Part shown: in pieces, positions 31,523 to 43,428 of the stretch
Numbering within the stretch: the stretch's first letter is position 1
Layout: each line of letters begins with the position of its first letter
Assembly (NCBI GenBank): GCA_913058255.1
Contig: CAJXQU010000001.1
Coordinates: forward strand, 502,886 to 566,885
Source of the DNA: an uncultured Pseudomonadota bacterium
Lineage (GTDB): Bacteria; Pseudomonadota; Gammaproteobacteria; CAJXQU01
Length of the DNA stretch: 64,000 bases
Direction: 5' to 3'
Translations under genes and position numbers: made by a program
The notes under the pieces: model-generated
What the model saw: only the letters and a program-made list of their open reading frames with translations
Told to the model about the DNA's origin: nothing
Database searches by the model: none

Positions 31523-32049
31523 GTCATTGGCGTCGCCATATTATTATCCTAGGCTTACTCTTAGTCTCATTTGCATTTGTTGAGGCTGTGTGGAAAAAAG
31601 AAGGCGTACTCAAAGACGGTGAGCCGTTATTACTAAAGCTTGCTCCCGTTGATCCACGTTCTTTGATGCAAGGTGATTATATGATTTTGAATTATGCAAT
31701 ACCTCAAGAATTACAAGCAGTGATGCGTGGACAAAATCAAGGTGAGTTGGTCTACACAAAAGATGAAGATAATGTCGCTGAATTTGTTCGGCTCTATGAT
31801 GCGCAAATAGCATTAACAGAAGGTGAGCGAAAGCTGCATTATCGAACAAATGGCCGATGGCGTGTTAGTCTTGGCGCTAATAGTTTCTTTTTTGAGGAAG
31901 GCCAAGCAGAAAAATTTTCAGAGGCAAAATATGGCGAGCTAAGAATGACGGGAGATGGAAGCTCCGTTCTGGTAGGGCTTCGAGATGATAAGTTTCAACT
32001 GTTAGGGTTATCCTCAGGACTGAAAACTCGACAAGATTTGTCTAAGTAG
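31519..32049 (+). CDS. Secreted GDYXXLXY-domain protein
   Basis: Signal/anchor helix, then a literal GDYMILNY (GDYXXLXY) motif and the conserved downstream region. 176 aa. Confidence 0.65.
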   Translation: MSHWRRHIIILGLLLVSFAFVEAVWKKEGVLKDGEPLLLKLAPVDPRSLMQGDYMILNYAIPQELQAVMRGQNQGELVYTKDEDNVAEFVRLYDAQIALTEGERKLHYRTNGRWRVSLGANSFFFEEGQAEKFSEAKYGELRMTGDGSSVLVGLRDDKFQLLGLSSGLKTRQDLSK

Positions 32050-32110
32050 TTGACCTTGTTCGTGCAGTCGACGAAAATCACATCATTTTTAAATTGGCGG
32101 CAATACTAAG

Positions 32111-32935
32111 TTGGGACAAATACAGCAATCAGTTGACCCCATCGTTAGAACAGAGGGGCTTAGTTTCGCGCGTGGTGATCGTGTCATTTTTGACAAGGTT
32201 AACATCGAAATTCCGCGTGGAAAAATTACGGCTATCATGGGGCCGAGTGGCTGCGGTAAAACGACGCTGCTTCGACTTATCACGGGACAACTCACTCCGC
32301 AGGCTGGGACTATCTTCGTTGATAACGAAGAAGTGCCTAAACTCTCTCGTACGAAACTTTTCGAACTACGTAAACGCATGAGTATGCTGTTCCAAAGTGG
32401 AGCACTGTTGACTGATCTGACTGTTTTCGAAAATGTCGCATTTCCATTAAAAGAACATACAGAGCTTTCAGACGAAGCGATCCGAACACTTGTTTTAATG
32501 AAACTGGAAGCCGTTGGTTTACGAGGAGCTCGAGGTTTGATGCCAAGTGAGCTTTCTGGCGGTATGGCACGAAGAGTTGCGTTGGCTCGTTCTATTGCAC
32601 TTGATCCGATGATGATTTTGTACGATGAGCCTTTCACAGGACAAGATCCGATTTCAATGGGCGTTCTTGTTCGTTTGATTAAGCTAATGAATGATGCCAT
32701 GAACATGACCAGCGTCGTCGTCTCCCATGATGTAAAGGAAACATTATCGATCGCAGATTATGTTTACATACTTTCAGCAGGCAAGGTTGTTGGAAAGGGT
32801 ACGCCTGAATCGCTACATAATGCTGGCTCAAAATGGGTTAAACAGTTTTTAAATGCATTACCAGATGGCCCTGTTCATTTTCACTATCCCGCTGATGAGT
32901 TTGCAAATGATCTGATATCAGGAGGTCGCTCATGA
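32111..32935 (+). CDS. mlaF: Phospholipid ABC transporter ATP-binding protein MlaF
   Basis: Collinear with the E. coli MlaF sequence as recalled from memory ([21 protein letters not shown], [17 protein letters not shown], C-terminal DGPVxFxYPAxD). TTG start. Confidence 0.85.
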   Translation: MGQIQQSVDPIVRTEGLSFARGDRVIFDKVNIEIPRGKITAIMGPSGCGKTTLLRLITGQLTPQAGTIFVDNEEVPKLSRTKLFELRKRMSMLFQSGALLTDLTVFENVAFPLKEHTELSDEAIRTLVLMKLEAVGLRGARGLMPSELSGGMARRVALARSIALDPMMILYDEPFTGQDPISMGVLVRLIKLMNDAMNMTSVVVSHDVKETLSIADYVYILSAGKVVGKGTPESLHNAGSKWVKQFLNALPDGPVHFHYPADEFANDLISGGRS

Positions 32936-33699
32936 TCCAAGCCTTGGGGAAAATGGGAATAAGTACATTTGGTTGGTTAGGCCGATGCTGTATTTTTCTT
33001 GTTTATGTAGCCAGTGGTTTTTTTATAGCTTTAAAAAATTGGCGAGATCTCATCGCGCAATTATACTTTGTTGGTGTTCTATCCCTCGTTATCATTGTGG
33101 TGTCTGGCTTCTTCGTAGGCATGGTTTTGGGCTTACAAGGCTACAACACCCTCGTTGATTTCGGTGCAGAAGAGTCGCTAGGTGTCGTCGTCTCATTATC
33201 ACTAGTTAGAGAGTTAGGGCCTGTCGTAGCAGCATTACTTTTCGCCGGAAGAGCGGGTTCTGCTTTGACGGCTGAAATTGGTTTGATGAAAAGTACAGAG
33301 CAATTGATGGCAATGGAAATGATGGCGGTCGATCCTCTACACCGTGTTATCGCACCACGTTTACTGGCTGGAATTATCGCGATGCCATTACTGGCAGCAA
33401 TCTTTAGTGCTGTTGGTGTTTATGGAGGCTACTTTGTCGGGACAGGACTACTCGGAGTTGATGATGGTGCTTTTTGGTCGCAGATGCAGGCGGCGGTAGA
33501 TTTTAATGGCGATGTTATGAACGGTATTATTAAAAGTATCGTTTTTGGTTTCGTCATCACTTGGATTGCTGTATTTGAAGGATACGATACGGCTCCAACA
33601 TCCGAAGGTATCAGCCGAGCAACAACACGAACCGTCGTAAATTCCAGCTTAGCCGTACTGGCATTGGATTTTGTACTTACAGCAGTAATGTTTGATTAA
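32932..33699 (+). CDS. mlaE: Phospholipid ABC transporter permease MlaE
   Basis: 255-aa permease with the MlaE pattern ([29 protein letters not shown]). Confidence 0.85.
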   Translation: MIQALGKMGISTFGWLGRCCIFLVYVASGFFIALKNWRDLIAQLYFVGVLSLVIIVVSGFFVGMVLGLQGYNTLVDFGAEESLGVVVSLSLVRELGPVVAALLFAGRAGSALTAEIGLMKSTEQLMAMEMMAVDPLHRVIAPRLLAGIIAMPLLAAIFSAVGVYGGYFVGTGLLGVDDGAFWSQMQAAVDFNGDVMNGIIKSIVFGFVITWIAVFEGYDTAPTSEGISRATTRTVVNSSLAVLALDFVLTAVMFD

Positions 33700-33711
33700 G
33701 AGGAACATAGC

Positions 33712-34185
33712 ATGATGCAATCAAGAACAGTAGAAACAACCGTCGGTGTATTTATTGCATTAGGCCTAGCCGCAATTGTTGTACTGGCAATGAAAGTTAG
33801 TAATATGAGTACGTTAGGTAGCGATGACGGTTATCAGGTTAGTGCAAATTTTGACAATATAGGAGGCTTGAAAGTACGTTCTCCTGTGAAAATGGCAGGT
33901 GTTCTTGTCGGTCGAGTTTCAGAAGTTAGCTTTGACGACGAAACTTACGAAGCCGTTGCTGTCATGACGATTGATGCGAAATATGTCAAGATCCCAGAAG
34001 ATACAACGGCCAATATTTATACAGCAGGTCTACTCGGCGAGCAGTATATTAGCCTTGATGCCGGTGGTGCTGAAGATTATTTGCAAGAAGGCAGTATGAT
34101 CGAGATTACTCAATCGGCTGTCGTGCTTGAGCAGGTGATCGGGCAGGTGTTATTTGACAAAGCTTCTGGTGATGATGAAGAGTAA
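33712..34185 (+). CDS. mlaD: MCE-domain protein MlaD
   Basis: N-terminal TM helix plus MCE domain (GGLKVRSPVKMAGVxVGRV). Confidence 0.8.
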   Translation: MMQSRTVETTVGVFIALGLAAIVVLAMKVSNMSTLGSDDGYQVSANFDNIGGLKVRSPVKMAGVLVGRVSEVSFDDETYEAVAVMTIDAKYVKIPEDTTANIYTAGLLGEQYISLDAGGAEDYLQEGSMIEITQSAVVLEQVIGQVLFDKASGDDEE

Positions 34186-34274
34186 GTTGGCTGGGTGTAA
34201 TAAAATTTTAATTGTAGATAGGTTTTTTTGAAGAGAGTGGATCTTCCTCCATACTGGAACCTATTTTTTGTGAA

Positions 34275-34913
34275 ATGAATATGACTTTTAATATAAAGAA
34301 ATATCTAATTCTAAGCTTCTTTTTGGTATTTGGGAGCGTTAGCGCGCCAACTTATTCTGTCGACTTACCTGCAGAAGGAGCAAGAGACCTAATAAAGTTC
34401 GCTGCGGAAACGGTTATTTCCTATGCAAAAACAAATCGCACGGCACTACAAGAAGACCCTACCGATCTTTATATAACGGTTAATGAAATAATCTCACCCC
34501 ATGTAGACTTTCCCCGCGTGGCTCGTTGGATTTTGGGTAAACATTGGCGTAAAGCTTCTCAGGAACAACGATTAGTGTTTCAAGATGAGTTTAGGAAGCT
34601 TCTGATTAGAACGTATGCTAAAGCCTTGTTAAAGGTTTCCGATGAAAAGCTAATTTATCCGCCCTTAAAAGGTTCGGTGAAAAATGGAAAGTATACGGTT
34701 CGTTCCGCATTAGTTTTGCCCGATGGTCGAAAGTTTACTGTCCAATATCGAATGCATAATAAAGATCAAAGCTGGAAGATTTATGATATCTCTGTAGAAG
34801 GCGTCAGCTTGGTTTCGACCTACCGCTCTTCTTTTGCCACAGAGATCCGTAAAGTTGGACTGGATGGTTTGCTAGATAATCTAGTCTCTAAAAATGAAGG
34901 ATTTAATATCTAA
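34275..34913 (+). CDS. mlaC: Periplasmic phospholipid-binding protein MlaC
   Basis: Signal peptide. 212-aa Tgt2/MlaC-family pattern. Position in the operon. Confidence 0.75.
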   Translation: MNMTFNIKKYLILSFFLVFGSVSAPTYSVDLPAEGARDLIKFAAETVISYAKTNRTALQEDPTDLYITVNEIISPHVDFPRVARWILGKHWRKASQEQRLVFQDEFRKLLIRTYAKALLKVSDEKLIYPPLKGSVKNGKYTVRSALVLPDGRKFTVQYRMHNKDQSWKIYDISVEGVSLVSTYRSSFATEIRKVGLDGLLDNLVSKNEGFNI

Positions 34914-35227
34914 TGACATCACGATTTTCTGTAGCCTCAAATAATATCTTGTCTGTTCAAGGGAATTTGGACGTTTATTCCGTCGCAGAAGCGATTAAGC
35001 AAGGCTCGAAACTATTAAAATCGAACGATTCATTTGAAGTGATCGATCTGCAACAGGTCAACAACATGGATAGTGCGGGTTTGGCTTTTGTTATCGAATT
35101 ATTGAAAACATCGAAATATCAAAAGAAAAACTTACGGTTTAAAAACATCCCTAATAGAATGCTCGCGGTTGCTAAGGTTTATGGGTTATCTAAAATTATA
35201 CCAGCCGAAGCTTTTCAGTCAGCCTAA
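34913..35227 (+). CDS. mlaB: STAS-domain protein MlaB
   Basis: 104-aa STAS/anti-sigma-antagonist-like protein immediately after mlaC (shared TAATG). Confidence 0.7.
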   Translation: MTSRFSVASNNILSVQGNLDVYSVAEAIKQGSKLLKSNDSFEVIDLQQVNNMDSAGLAFVIELLKTSKYQKKNLRFKNIPNRMLAVAKVYGLSKIIPAEAFQSA

Positions 35228-35397
35228 AAGTATTCTGCAGATTTAATGGCGTAGACAGCGAACTTAAATCGAGGCGTCAGTTTTCCGTAACATCGATTAA
35301 ATAGCGCTTATTAAACAGTCAGTTTGCTATCATTACTTGCTGCTAGCGGTGCTAGGCGCTATCCTTCTCATCTTTTTATAGATGATCGGAAGATTTT

Positions 35398-35652
35398 ATG
35401 ACGCATGAAGAAATTAAATCTCTTATAGAAGCTGGAATGGAAGGCGCAGAAGCCATTGTTGAAGGTGATGATGGAGCACATTTTGATGCTGTTGTTATTA
35501 GTGATGAATTTGAAGGGTTGTCACTCGTGAAAAAGCATCAATTGGTTTATAAAACGCTAGGCGATAAAATGAAAGCGGAAATACATGCGCTGTCTATTCG
35601 TCCTTTAACTCGTGCTGAGTGGAATGAAAGTAGCGGTTTACGCGTTCTCTAA
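35398..35652 (+). CDS. ibaG: BolA-family protein IbaG (YrbA)
   Basis: 84-aa BolA-like protein between mlaB and murA, as in E. coli. Confidence 0.75.
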   Translation: MTHEEIKSLIEAGMEGAEAIVEGDDGAHFDAVVISDEFEGLSLVKKHQLVYKTLGDKMKAEIHALSIRPLTRAEWNESSGLRVL

Positions 35653-36929
<1,277 letters not shown>

Positions 36930-36930
<1 letters not shown>

Positions 36931-37559
36931 TGAGCTCAGAACTGACATTAGCTCTTTCAAAAGGTCGTATTTATAAGGACACACTTCCACTGCTTGCCAA
37001 GGTTGGTATTGAGCCGACTGAAGATCCAGAAAGATCAAGAAAACTGATCATTCCAACCAACCGGAAAGAGATAAATCTGATGGTGATCAGAGCAACCGAC
37101 GTGCCTACCTTTGTAGAGCTGGGGGCGGCAGATATTGGTGTTGCCGGTAAAGATGTTCTTATGGAAGCTGAATGTGACAACCTTTACGAACCATTAGATT
37201 TGAAGATTGCGCGTTGTCGTTTAATGGTCGCCATACCAAAAGATAAGCCTCTTCCTCAGGGGCGTGCGCGGATTGCAACCAAATATATCAATCTTACGCG
37301 TCGTTATTTTGCCGAAAAAGGGCAACAGGTTGAGGTTATCAAGCTTTATGGTTCGATGGAGCTGGCACCACTTGCTGGACTTGCTGATGGAATTGTCGAT
37401 CTGGTTGATACTGGAAATACACTTAAAGCCAATGGCCTAGTTCCTACCGAAGAGATTATTGAGATTAGTTCAAGATTGGTCGTAAATAAGGCTTCTATGA
37501 AAATGAAGGCGGCTACGATTAAGCAGTTAGTAAACGAGCTGGCTGCGGTGGTTGGTTAA
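36930..37559 (+). CDS. hisG: ATP phosphoribosyltransferase, short form (HisGs)
   Basis: 209 aa. LxLALxKGR start, DVPTFVExGAADxGVxGKD. Lacks the C-terminal regulatory domain of the long form. Confidence 0.85.
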
Positions 37560-37565
37560 TCTAAA

Positions 37566-38873
37566 GTGGTAGCCATTACTCGACTAGACAGTGCGCAAGC
37601 TGACTTTGAACAAGCGTTGGCCAAACTTCTGGCGTGGAATGACGACACCGATCAACAGGTGACTGAAACGGTGCAAACGATCCTTCGTGATGTAAAAAGT
37701 CGTGGCGATCAAGCTGTTATCGAAACAACTAACCGTTTTGATCGACGTTCAGTTTCAATGATGAGTGACTTGGAGCTAAATAAAACACAGCTTGATAAAG
37801 CACGTAAAGAACTTGATCCTAAGATTACTAAAGCATTAGAAGCGGCGGCAGATCGAGTTAAAAACTATCACCAACATCAGCTGCAAAAGTCATGGAGTTA
37901 CACTGAAGCCGACGGCACCATACTTGGCCAACAGGTCACTGCAATGGATCGAGTTGGTGTTTATGTGCCCGGAGGAAAAGCGGCTTACCCTTCTTCTGTC
38001 TTGATGAACGTCATGCCTGCGAAAGTTGCCGATGTTGAAGAAATTATCATGGTGGTTCCTGCTCCGGATGGAGAGCTGGATCAAACCGTGCTCGCGGCAG
38101 CCAGTATTGCTGGTGTCGATCGAATATTTACGATAGGTGGGGCACAGGCCGTCGCCGCACTAGCTTATGGTACAGAAACCATTCCGCAAGTTGATAAAAT
38201 AGTAGGACCGGGGAATATATATGTCGCTACGGCGAAAGGCATGGTCTTCGGCACCGTAGGAATTGACATGATTGCGGGTCCATCCGAAATATTGATTATT
38301 TGTGATGGCGAGACCGACCCAGACTGGATAGCGATGGATCTGTTCTCTCAAGCTGAACATGATGAGCAGGCCCAGTCTATATTGCTATGCCCTGATCAAG
38401 CCTATATAGAGCAGGTACAAGCGAGTATAGAAAAGCTCCTTCCAACTATGGAGCGAGCAGCTATTATCCGAGAATCATTAGAAAGCCGTGGCGCTTTGAT
38501 CAAAGTTGCTGATATAGATGAGGCGGCAACTGTTTCGAATGAGATTGCACCAGAGCACTTGGAGCTTTCTGTAGCTGATCCTGAGAGTTTAGCGAGCAAG
38601 ATCAAACATGCGGGTGCTATTTTTATGGGGCGTTACACAGCAGAAGCGATAGGTGATTATTGTGCAGGACCTAATCACGTCTTGCCGACATCAAGAACCG
38701 CACGTTTTTCTTCGCCCTTAGGTGTCTATGATTTTCAGAAGCGATCATCGATTATCCATTGTTCGACTACAGCTGCTAGTGGATACCTTGGTGATATTGC
38801 ATCGACGCTTGCTCGGGCGGAAGGCTTAACAGCTCATGCACGCTCAGCTGAGTTCCGCCAGAATAAAAAATAA
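37566..38873 (+). CDS. hisD: Histidinol dehydrogenase
   Basis: 435 aa. Conserved HisD motifs ([25 protein letters not shown], CxxDxDWIAxDLxSQAEHD). GTG start. Confidence 0.9.
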   Translation: MVAITRLDSAQADFEQALAKLLAWNDDTDQQVTETVQTILRDVKSRGDQAVIETTNRFDRRSVSMMSDLELNKTQLDKARKELDPKITKALEAAADRVKNYHQHQLQKSWSYTEADGTILGQQVTAMDRVGVYVPGGKAAYPSSVLMNVMPAKVADVEEIIMVVPAPDGELDQTVLAAASIAGVDRIFTIGGAQAVAALAYGTETIPQVDKIVGPGNIYVATAKGMVFGTVGIDMIAGPSEILIICDGETDPDWIAMDLFSQAEHDEQAQSILLCPDQAYIEQVQASIEKLLPTMERAAIIRESLESRGALIKVADIDEAATVSNEIAPEHLELSVADPESLASKIKHAGAIFMGRYTAEAIGDYCAGPNHVLPTSRTARFSSPLGVYDFQKRSSIIHCSTTAASGYLGDIASTLARAEGLTAHARSAEFRQNKK

Positions 38874-38919
38874 TAAAATTGATCAGGATTTAGTTCCTAT
38901 CTGCATAAAGAGTGAAACA

Positions 38920-39993
38920 ATGACGAATGAATTAGTTCAGCGTTTGATCCGCCCTGAAGTTCGAGCGCTGTCTGCTTATCATGTGCAAGACTCACAAGGT
39001 TTTATTAAACTGGATGCTATGGAAAACCCTCACTCCCTCCCTGAACCATTAATCAATGACTGGTTAGATACCCTGCGAAATTTGGAGTTGAATCGTTATC
39101 CTGACGCAGGGGCGGAAGTTTTAAAAAAGAAAGTGCATGGTTATCTTGGCTTAGAATCTGAGCAAGATATCCTGCTCGGCAATGGATCCGATGAGTTGAT
39201 TCAGATTGTCGCAATGGCATTGGCTGGTAGTGACAGAGTGTTAATGGCTCCTGAGCCGGGTTTTGTCATGTACAAAATTATTGCGCAATCATTGGGTATG
39301 AAGTATGTCGGCGTACCTTTAAACAGTGATGACTTCAGCTTAGATCTTCCTGCAATGTTAGCGGCGATCGAGCGGCATCAACCGGCGGTTATTTTTCTGG
39401 CTTATCCCAACAACCCTACGGGCAATTTATTTGATCGTTCTTCGGTAGAACAGATTATCGAAATGAGTGATGGGCTTGTGATTATTGATGAGGCTTATCA
39501 TAGTTTTGCGCAGCAGACCTGGATCGGTGATCTGGATCGTTTCGAAAATTTGCTAGTTATGCGAACATTATCAAAGATTGGGCTAGCTGGATTACGGATC
39601 GGCATGCTAGTTGGTGCAAAAAAGTGGCTAGATGAGCTGAATAAAATCCGATTACCCTATAATATAAACGTATTGTCGCAAGCAAGTGCAACATTTATGT
39701 TGGAACATACTGAAGTTTTCGATCAACAAGCCAGTCAAATTAGGGCTGAACGTCAGTTTATGTATGACGAACTCGGACAATATTCTGAAGTTAGAAGATG
39801 GCAAAGCCACGCAAACTTCTTATTAATAAAAACTTCTCTAGCTCAAACATTGTTTGATGCCTTGAGAGAGAGCAATATTTTGATTAAGAATCTCAATGGT
39901 TCACACGAGATGTTGGCGCAATGTTTGCGTGTAACAATAGGAACAGAAGAAGAAAATCGGGCTGTATTAGGAGTCATTAGACAGGTAATTTGA
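38920..39993 (+). CDS. hisC: Histidinol-phosphate aminotransferase
   Basis: Class II aminotransferase with PLP-lysine region (RTLSKIGLAGLRIG). Start moved to the Met after an AAGAGTG RBS (ORF track starts at 38836, inside hisD). Confidence 0.85.
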   Translation: MTNELVQRLIRPEVRALSAYHVQDSQGFIKLDAMENPHSLPEPLINDWLDTLRNLELNRYPDAGAEVLKKKVHGYLGLESEQDILLGNGSDELIQIVAMALAGSDRVLMAPEPGFVMYKIIAQSLGMKYVGVPLNSDDFSLDLPAMLAAIERHQPAVIFLAYPNNPTGNLFDRSSVEQIIEMSDGLVIIDEAYHSFAQQTWIGDLDRFENLLVMRTLSKIGLAGLRIGMLVGAKKWLDELNKIRLPYNINVLSQASATFMLEHTEVFDQQASQIRAERQFMYDELGQYSEVRRWQSHANFLLIKTSLAQTLFDALRESNILIKNLNGSHEMLAQCLRVTIGTEEENRAVLGVIRQVI

Positions 39994-40042
39994 TGTCGAT
40001 CAAGTTAATTGTTTTTGCTGCAATACGGGCGGAGAATTTTTC

Positions 40043-40050
40043 TGTATAAT
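40043..40050 (+). promoter_or_regulatory. Candidate extended -10 element (TGtATAAT) upstream of petA
   Basis: TGTATAAT lies ~40 nt upstream of the petA start. No convincing -35. Confidence 0.3.
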
Positions 40051-40090
40051 TCAGCGGTTTTTTTTAACCCATACAATTCGGAAAAGTTTT

Positions 40091-40711
40091 ATGTCAGATC
40101 GGGGAAATAGTCTAGTCAGTGAAGATGAAGTCGACAATGAACGACGTCGATTTCTGATAGCAACCACTGCGGGGGTTGGTGCTGTAGGCGCTGTAGGCGC
40201 AGCATTACCATTTGTTTTATCATTCCAACCTAGTGAGAGAGCTAAGGCGATCGGTGCTCCTGTCGAGGTCGATATCAGTAAGCTCGAACCTGGGCAACGG
40301 ATGATCGCAACTTGGCGTGGCCAGCCTGTCTGGGTTATGAGACGTACTGAGAAGGCACTGAAAGATTTGGAGACAATGTCGGCTTTTCTTCGTGATCCTG
40401 AGTCGAAAGTTGTTTCGCAGCAGCCGGCTTATGCGCAAAATGTAGCACGGGCAACTAAGGCGGAATACCTTGTTGTTATCGGCTACTGTACTCACCTAGG
40501 ATGTTCTCCGACCTACCTTCCTGAAGGAACACCACATAATCTTGGGGATGAATGGAAAGGCGGTTTCTTCTGTCCTTGCCATGGTTCTAAATTTGATCTT
40601 GCTGGACGAGTGTTCAAAGGCGTGCCTGCTCCTACAAACTTGGTAGTGCCTCCGTATCACTATTTGAATGACACATTGATTCTAGTTGGCGAAGATGGAG
40701 GAGCTGCGTGA
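40091..40711 (+). CDS. petA: Ubiquinol-cytochrome c reductase Rieske iron-sulfur subunit
   Basis: Tat-like RRRFL motif. Rieske boxes CTHLGC and CPCHGS. Confidence 0.9.
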   Translation: MSDRGNSLVSEDEVDNERRRFLIATTAGVGAVGAVGAALPFVLSFQPSERAKAIGAPVEVDISKLEPGQRMIATWRGQPVWVMRRTEKALKDLETMSAFLRDPESKVVSQQPAYAQNVARATKAEYLVVIGYCTHLGCSPTYLPEGTPHNLGDEWKGGFFCPCHGSKFDLAGRVFKGVPAPTNLVVPPYHYLNDTLILVGEDGGAA

Positions 40712-41949
40712 TGGGCAAAAAAATTGTAGATTTGCTGACTTTTTTACTGGGTTGGATCGATGCTCGTTTTCCATTAACTAAAATGTGGAATGAGCATTTG
40801 GGGCAATATTATGCGCCAAAGAATTTTAACTTCTGGTATTTTTTCGGTTCACTCGCTTTAGTTGTACTGATCAACCAATTTGTCACCGGCATTTGGCTGA
40901 CAATGAGTTATAAGCCTGATGGTGAATTAGCGTTTGCTTCCGTTGAATACATCATGCGTGATGTACCATGGGGTTGGTTAATTCGTTACATGCATGCCGT
41001 CGGTGCATCAGCATTCTTTGTCGTCATCTACCTACATATGTTCCGTGGCTTGATGTACGGATCATATAAACATCCGCGCGAGCTGCTTTGGATAACGGGC
41101 ATGTTCATTTATTTATGTTTGATGGCCGAAGCATTTCTTGGTTACTTGCTGCCTTGGGGACAAATGTCTTATTGGGGTGCTAAGGTAATTATCTCTCTCT
41201 TTGGAGCGATACCTTATATAGGTGAAACACTGGTCCTATGGATAGCAGGTGATTATGTTATTTCGGATGTGACCTTGAATCGCTTCTTCTCATTCCACGT
41301 TATTGCTGTGCCTATCGCATTGCTTGGCCTAGTTTGTGTTCACGTTTTAGCGTTACACGAAGTGGGTTCAAATAATCCCGACGGTGTTGAGATTAAGAAG
41401 AATAAGGACAAGAATGGCATTCCGCTCGATGGCATTCCTTTTCATCCTTATTATTCAGTCAAAGATCTTGTTGGTGTGGTCGTATTCTTGATCTTTTTCG
41501 CATCGATAATCTTCTTTGCTCCGGCTATGAATGGTTACTTCTTAGAGCATAATAACTTTGTCCCAGCTAACCCTATGGTGACGCCAGAACATATTGCTCC
41601 TGTTTGGTACTTCACACCTTTCTATGCCATTTTACGGGCGGTGCCTGATAAGTTGCTGGGTGTTGTAGCCATGGGTGCTGCTGTCATGGTGCTGTTCCTA
41701 CTACCTTGGTTAGATCGAAACCCGGTTAAATCAATTCGCTACCGTGGCACGCTTTACAAATGGATACTTGGAATATTTGTCGTAAGTTTCGTGGCCCTTG
41801 GTTGGTTAGGAATGCAGCAGCCAACAGAAGTATTAACCTTGATGGCGAGAATATTCTCAATACTCTATTTTGCATTTTTCCTATTGATGCCGTTTTATTC
41901 TAAATGGGATAAGACCAAGCCAGTACCAGACAGGGTGACGTACAAATGA
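40708..41949 (+). CDS. petB: Cytochrome b of the bc1 complex
   Basis: 413 aa. Conserved cyt b haem-ligand regions (RYxHAxGAS, PEW-like PExIxPxWY). Confidence 0.9.
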   Translation: MMGKKIVDLLTFLLGWIDARFPLTKMWNEHLGQYYAPKNFNFWYFFGSLALVVLINQFVTGIWLTMSYKPDGELAFASVEYIMRDVPWGWLIRYMHAVGASAFFVVIYLHMFRGLMYGSYKHPRELLWITGMFIYLCLMAEAFLGYLLPWGQMSYWGAKVIISLFGAIPYIGETLVLWIAGDYVISDVTLNRFFSFHVIAVPIALLGLVCVHVLALHEVGSNNPDGVEIKKNKDKNGIPLDGIPFHPYYSVKDLVGVVVFLIFFASIIFFAPAMNGYFLEHNNFVPANPMVTPEHIAPVWYFTPFYAILRAVPDKLLGVVAMGAAVMVLFLLPWLDRNPVKSIRYRGTLYKWILGIFVVSFVALGWLGMQQPTEVLTLMARIFSILYFAFFLLMPFYSKWDKTKPVPDRVTYK

Positions 41950-42680
41950 AAAAACTAATCTCTATATGTTTACTGCTTTTACCAACGATGGCTTTTGCTA
42001 ATACCGGTGGTGTTCATTTGGATCACGCGGATGTTGATTTAGCAGATAAACCCTCTTTGCAGCGTGGTGCGAAAATCTTTGTTAACTATTGCTTAAGTTG
42101 TCACTCAGCTTCTTTTGCTCGCTTTAGCGGTGTCGCTAAAGATTTGGATATTCCGGAAGATGTGATGAGCAAGAACATGTTGTTCGTCTCAGATAAAATC
42201 GGTAGCAATATGGACATAGCAATGAAAGCAGAAGATGCTGAGAAATGGCTAGGTAAGAATCCTCCCGATCTTTCTGTGATCGCACGTTCGCGTGGCGCGG
42301 ATTGGATCTATACATTTTTGAATTCTTATTATCTTGATCCAAGTAGAAGTACAGGTGTTAATAATAGAGTTTTTGATAAAACAGCAATGCCCCATGTTTT
42401 ATGGGAATTACAAGGCTGGCAGAAACTTGCTTATACCGAAGAGCATCATGGTGAAGAGAACAAGAAGGTGATTACAGGCCTTAAATTGGTTTCTCCAGGT
42501 AAGATGAACGAAGAAAGCTATAGACAAGTCACACATGATCTAACGAACTTCTTAACCTATCTTGGCGAACCTGCATTGATGGTTAGAAAGAAAGTAGGGT
42601 TTTGGGTAATTCTCTTCTTATTAATTTTACTTATTCCAGCCTATAAGCTGAAAAAAGAATACTGGAAAGACGTCAAATAG
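41946..42680 (+). CDS. petC: Cytochrome c1
   Basis: Signal peptide, CLSCH haem-binding motif, C-terminal TM anchor. Confidence 0.85.
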   Translation: MKKLISICLLLLPTMAFANTGGVHLDHADVDLADKPSLQRGAKIFVNYCLSCHSASFARFSGVAKDLDIPEDVMSKNMLFVSDKIGSNMDIAMKAEDAEKWLGKNPPDLSVIARSRGADWIYTFLNSYYLDPSRSTGVNNRVFDKTAMPHVLWELQGWQKLAYTEEHHGEENKKVITGLKLVSPGKMNEESYRQVTHDLTNFLTYLGEPALMVRKKVGFWVILFLLILLIPAYKLKKEYWKDVK

Positions 42681-42792
42681 CTTTCTAAGTTATTCCTTTA
42701 AATTACTGTCTTCCCCTCCGCTAACGAGCAGAGGGGCTTGACAGGTGTGTTACTATTCCCCCTATTCATATTAAAACTATTGGAGTTGTACG

Positions 42793-43422
42793 ATGAGCAC
42801 ACTGGCTAATCGACGTTCCGTTATGTCTTTCTACTCCGATCCGTTGGATATAGTTGGTCATTGCGTACGTCTTTGTATTGCAGAGAAAGATATTAATGTT
42901 GAAATCAACTATGTTGATCCTGACAATATTCCTGAAGACATCATTGGATTGAACCCGTACAACTCGGTCTTAACGCTCGTGGATCGTGACTTGGTTCTGT
43001 ATGAACCACGCATTATTATGGAATATCTAGATGAGCGATTTCCTCATCCACCGTTGATGCCTGTTGATCCTGTTTCACGTGCGACCAATCGACAATTGGC
43101 TTATCGAATAATGAATGATCTTTATTCTTTAATTGATGCCCTAGAGAATGGTAAAGAAGCTGCTAAAACGAATGCTAGAAAAGTCATGCGTGATCATTTA
43201 ACGGCCATTGCTCCAGCGTTTGAAACCTATGGATTTTTCATGTCAGATGATTTCTCATTAGTGGATTGTAGTCTTGCTCCAATCTTGTGGCGTCTAGAGG
43301 GTTATGGTGTTGCACTTCCTGCACAAGCCAAACCTTTGCTTAAATACGCTAAGAAATTGTTTGATCGTGAAGGTTTTCAATCAAGCTTGTCAGAAGCTGA
43401 ACGAGAGCTTGGCCAAAAATAA
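42793..43422 (+). CDS. sspA: Stringent starvation protein A (GST-like)
   Basis: Collinear with the E. coli SspA sequence as recalled from memory (KRSVMxxxSxPxDI, RIIMEYLDERFPHPPLMPV, LTEAEREL). Confidence 0.9.
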   Translation: MSTLANRRSVMSFYSDPLDIVGHCVRLCIAEKDINVEINYVDPDNIPEDIIGLNPYNSVLTLVDRDLVLYEPRIIMEYLDERFPHPPLMPVDPVSRATNRQLAYRIMNDLYSLIDALENGKEAAKTNARKVMRDHLTAIAPAFETYGFFMSDDFSLVDCSLAPILWRLEGYGVALPAQAKPLLKYAKKLFDREGFQSSLSEAERELGQK

Positions 43423-43428
43423 GAAGTC

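Noticed and set aside
32089-32706. 205-aa minus-strand ORF antisense to mlaF
   Set aside because: It lies entirely within the well-supported mlaF coding region. The protein is a low-complexity S/R-rich product typical of antisense frames in coding DNA, and no family resemblance was seen.
40015-40068. Possible terminator after hisC (…TTCAGCGGTTTTTTTT)
   Set aside because: A clear U-tract is present at 40058-40065, but I could not find a convincing complementary stem upstream (at best a 6-bp stem with two G-U pairs). The TGTATAAT is reported only as a possible petA promoter element.
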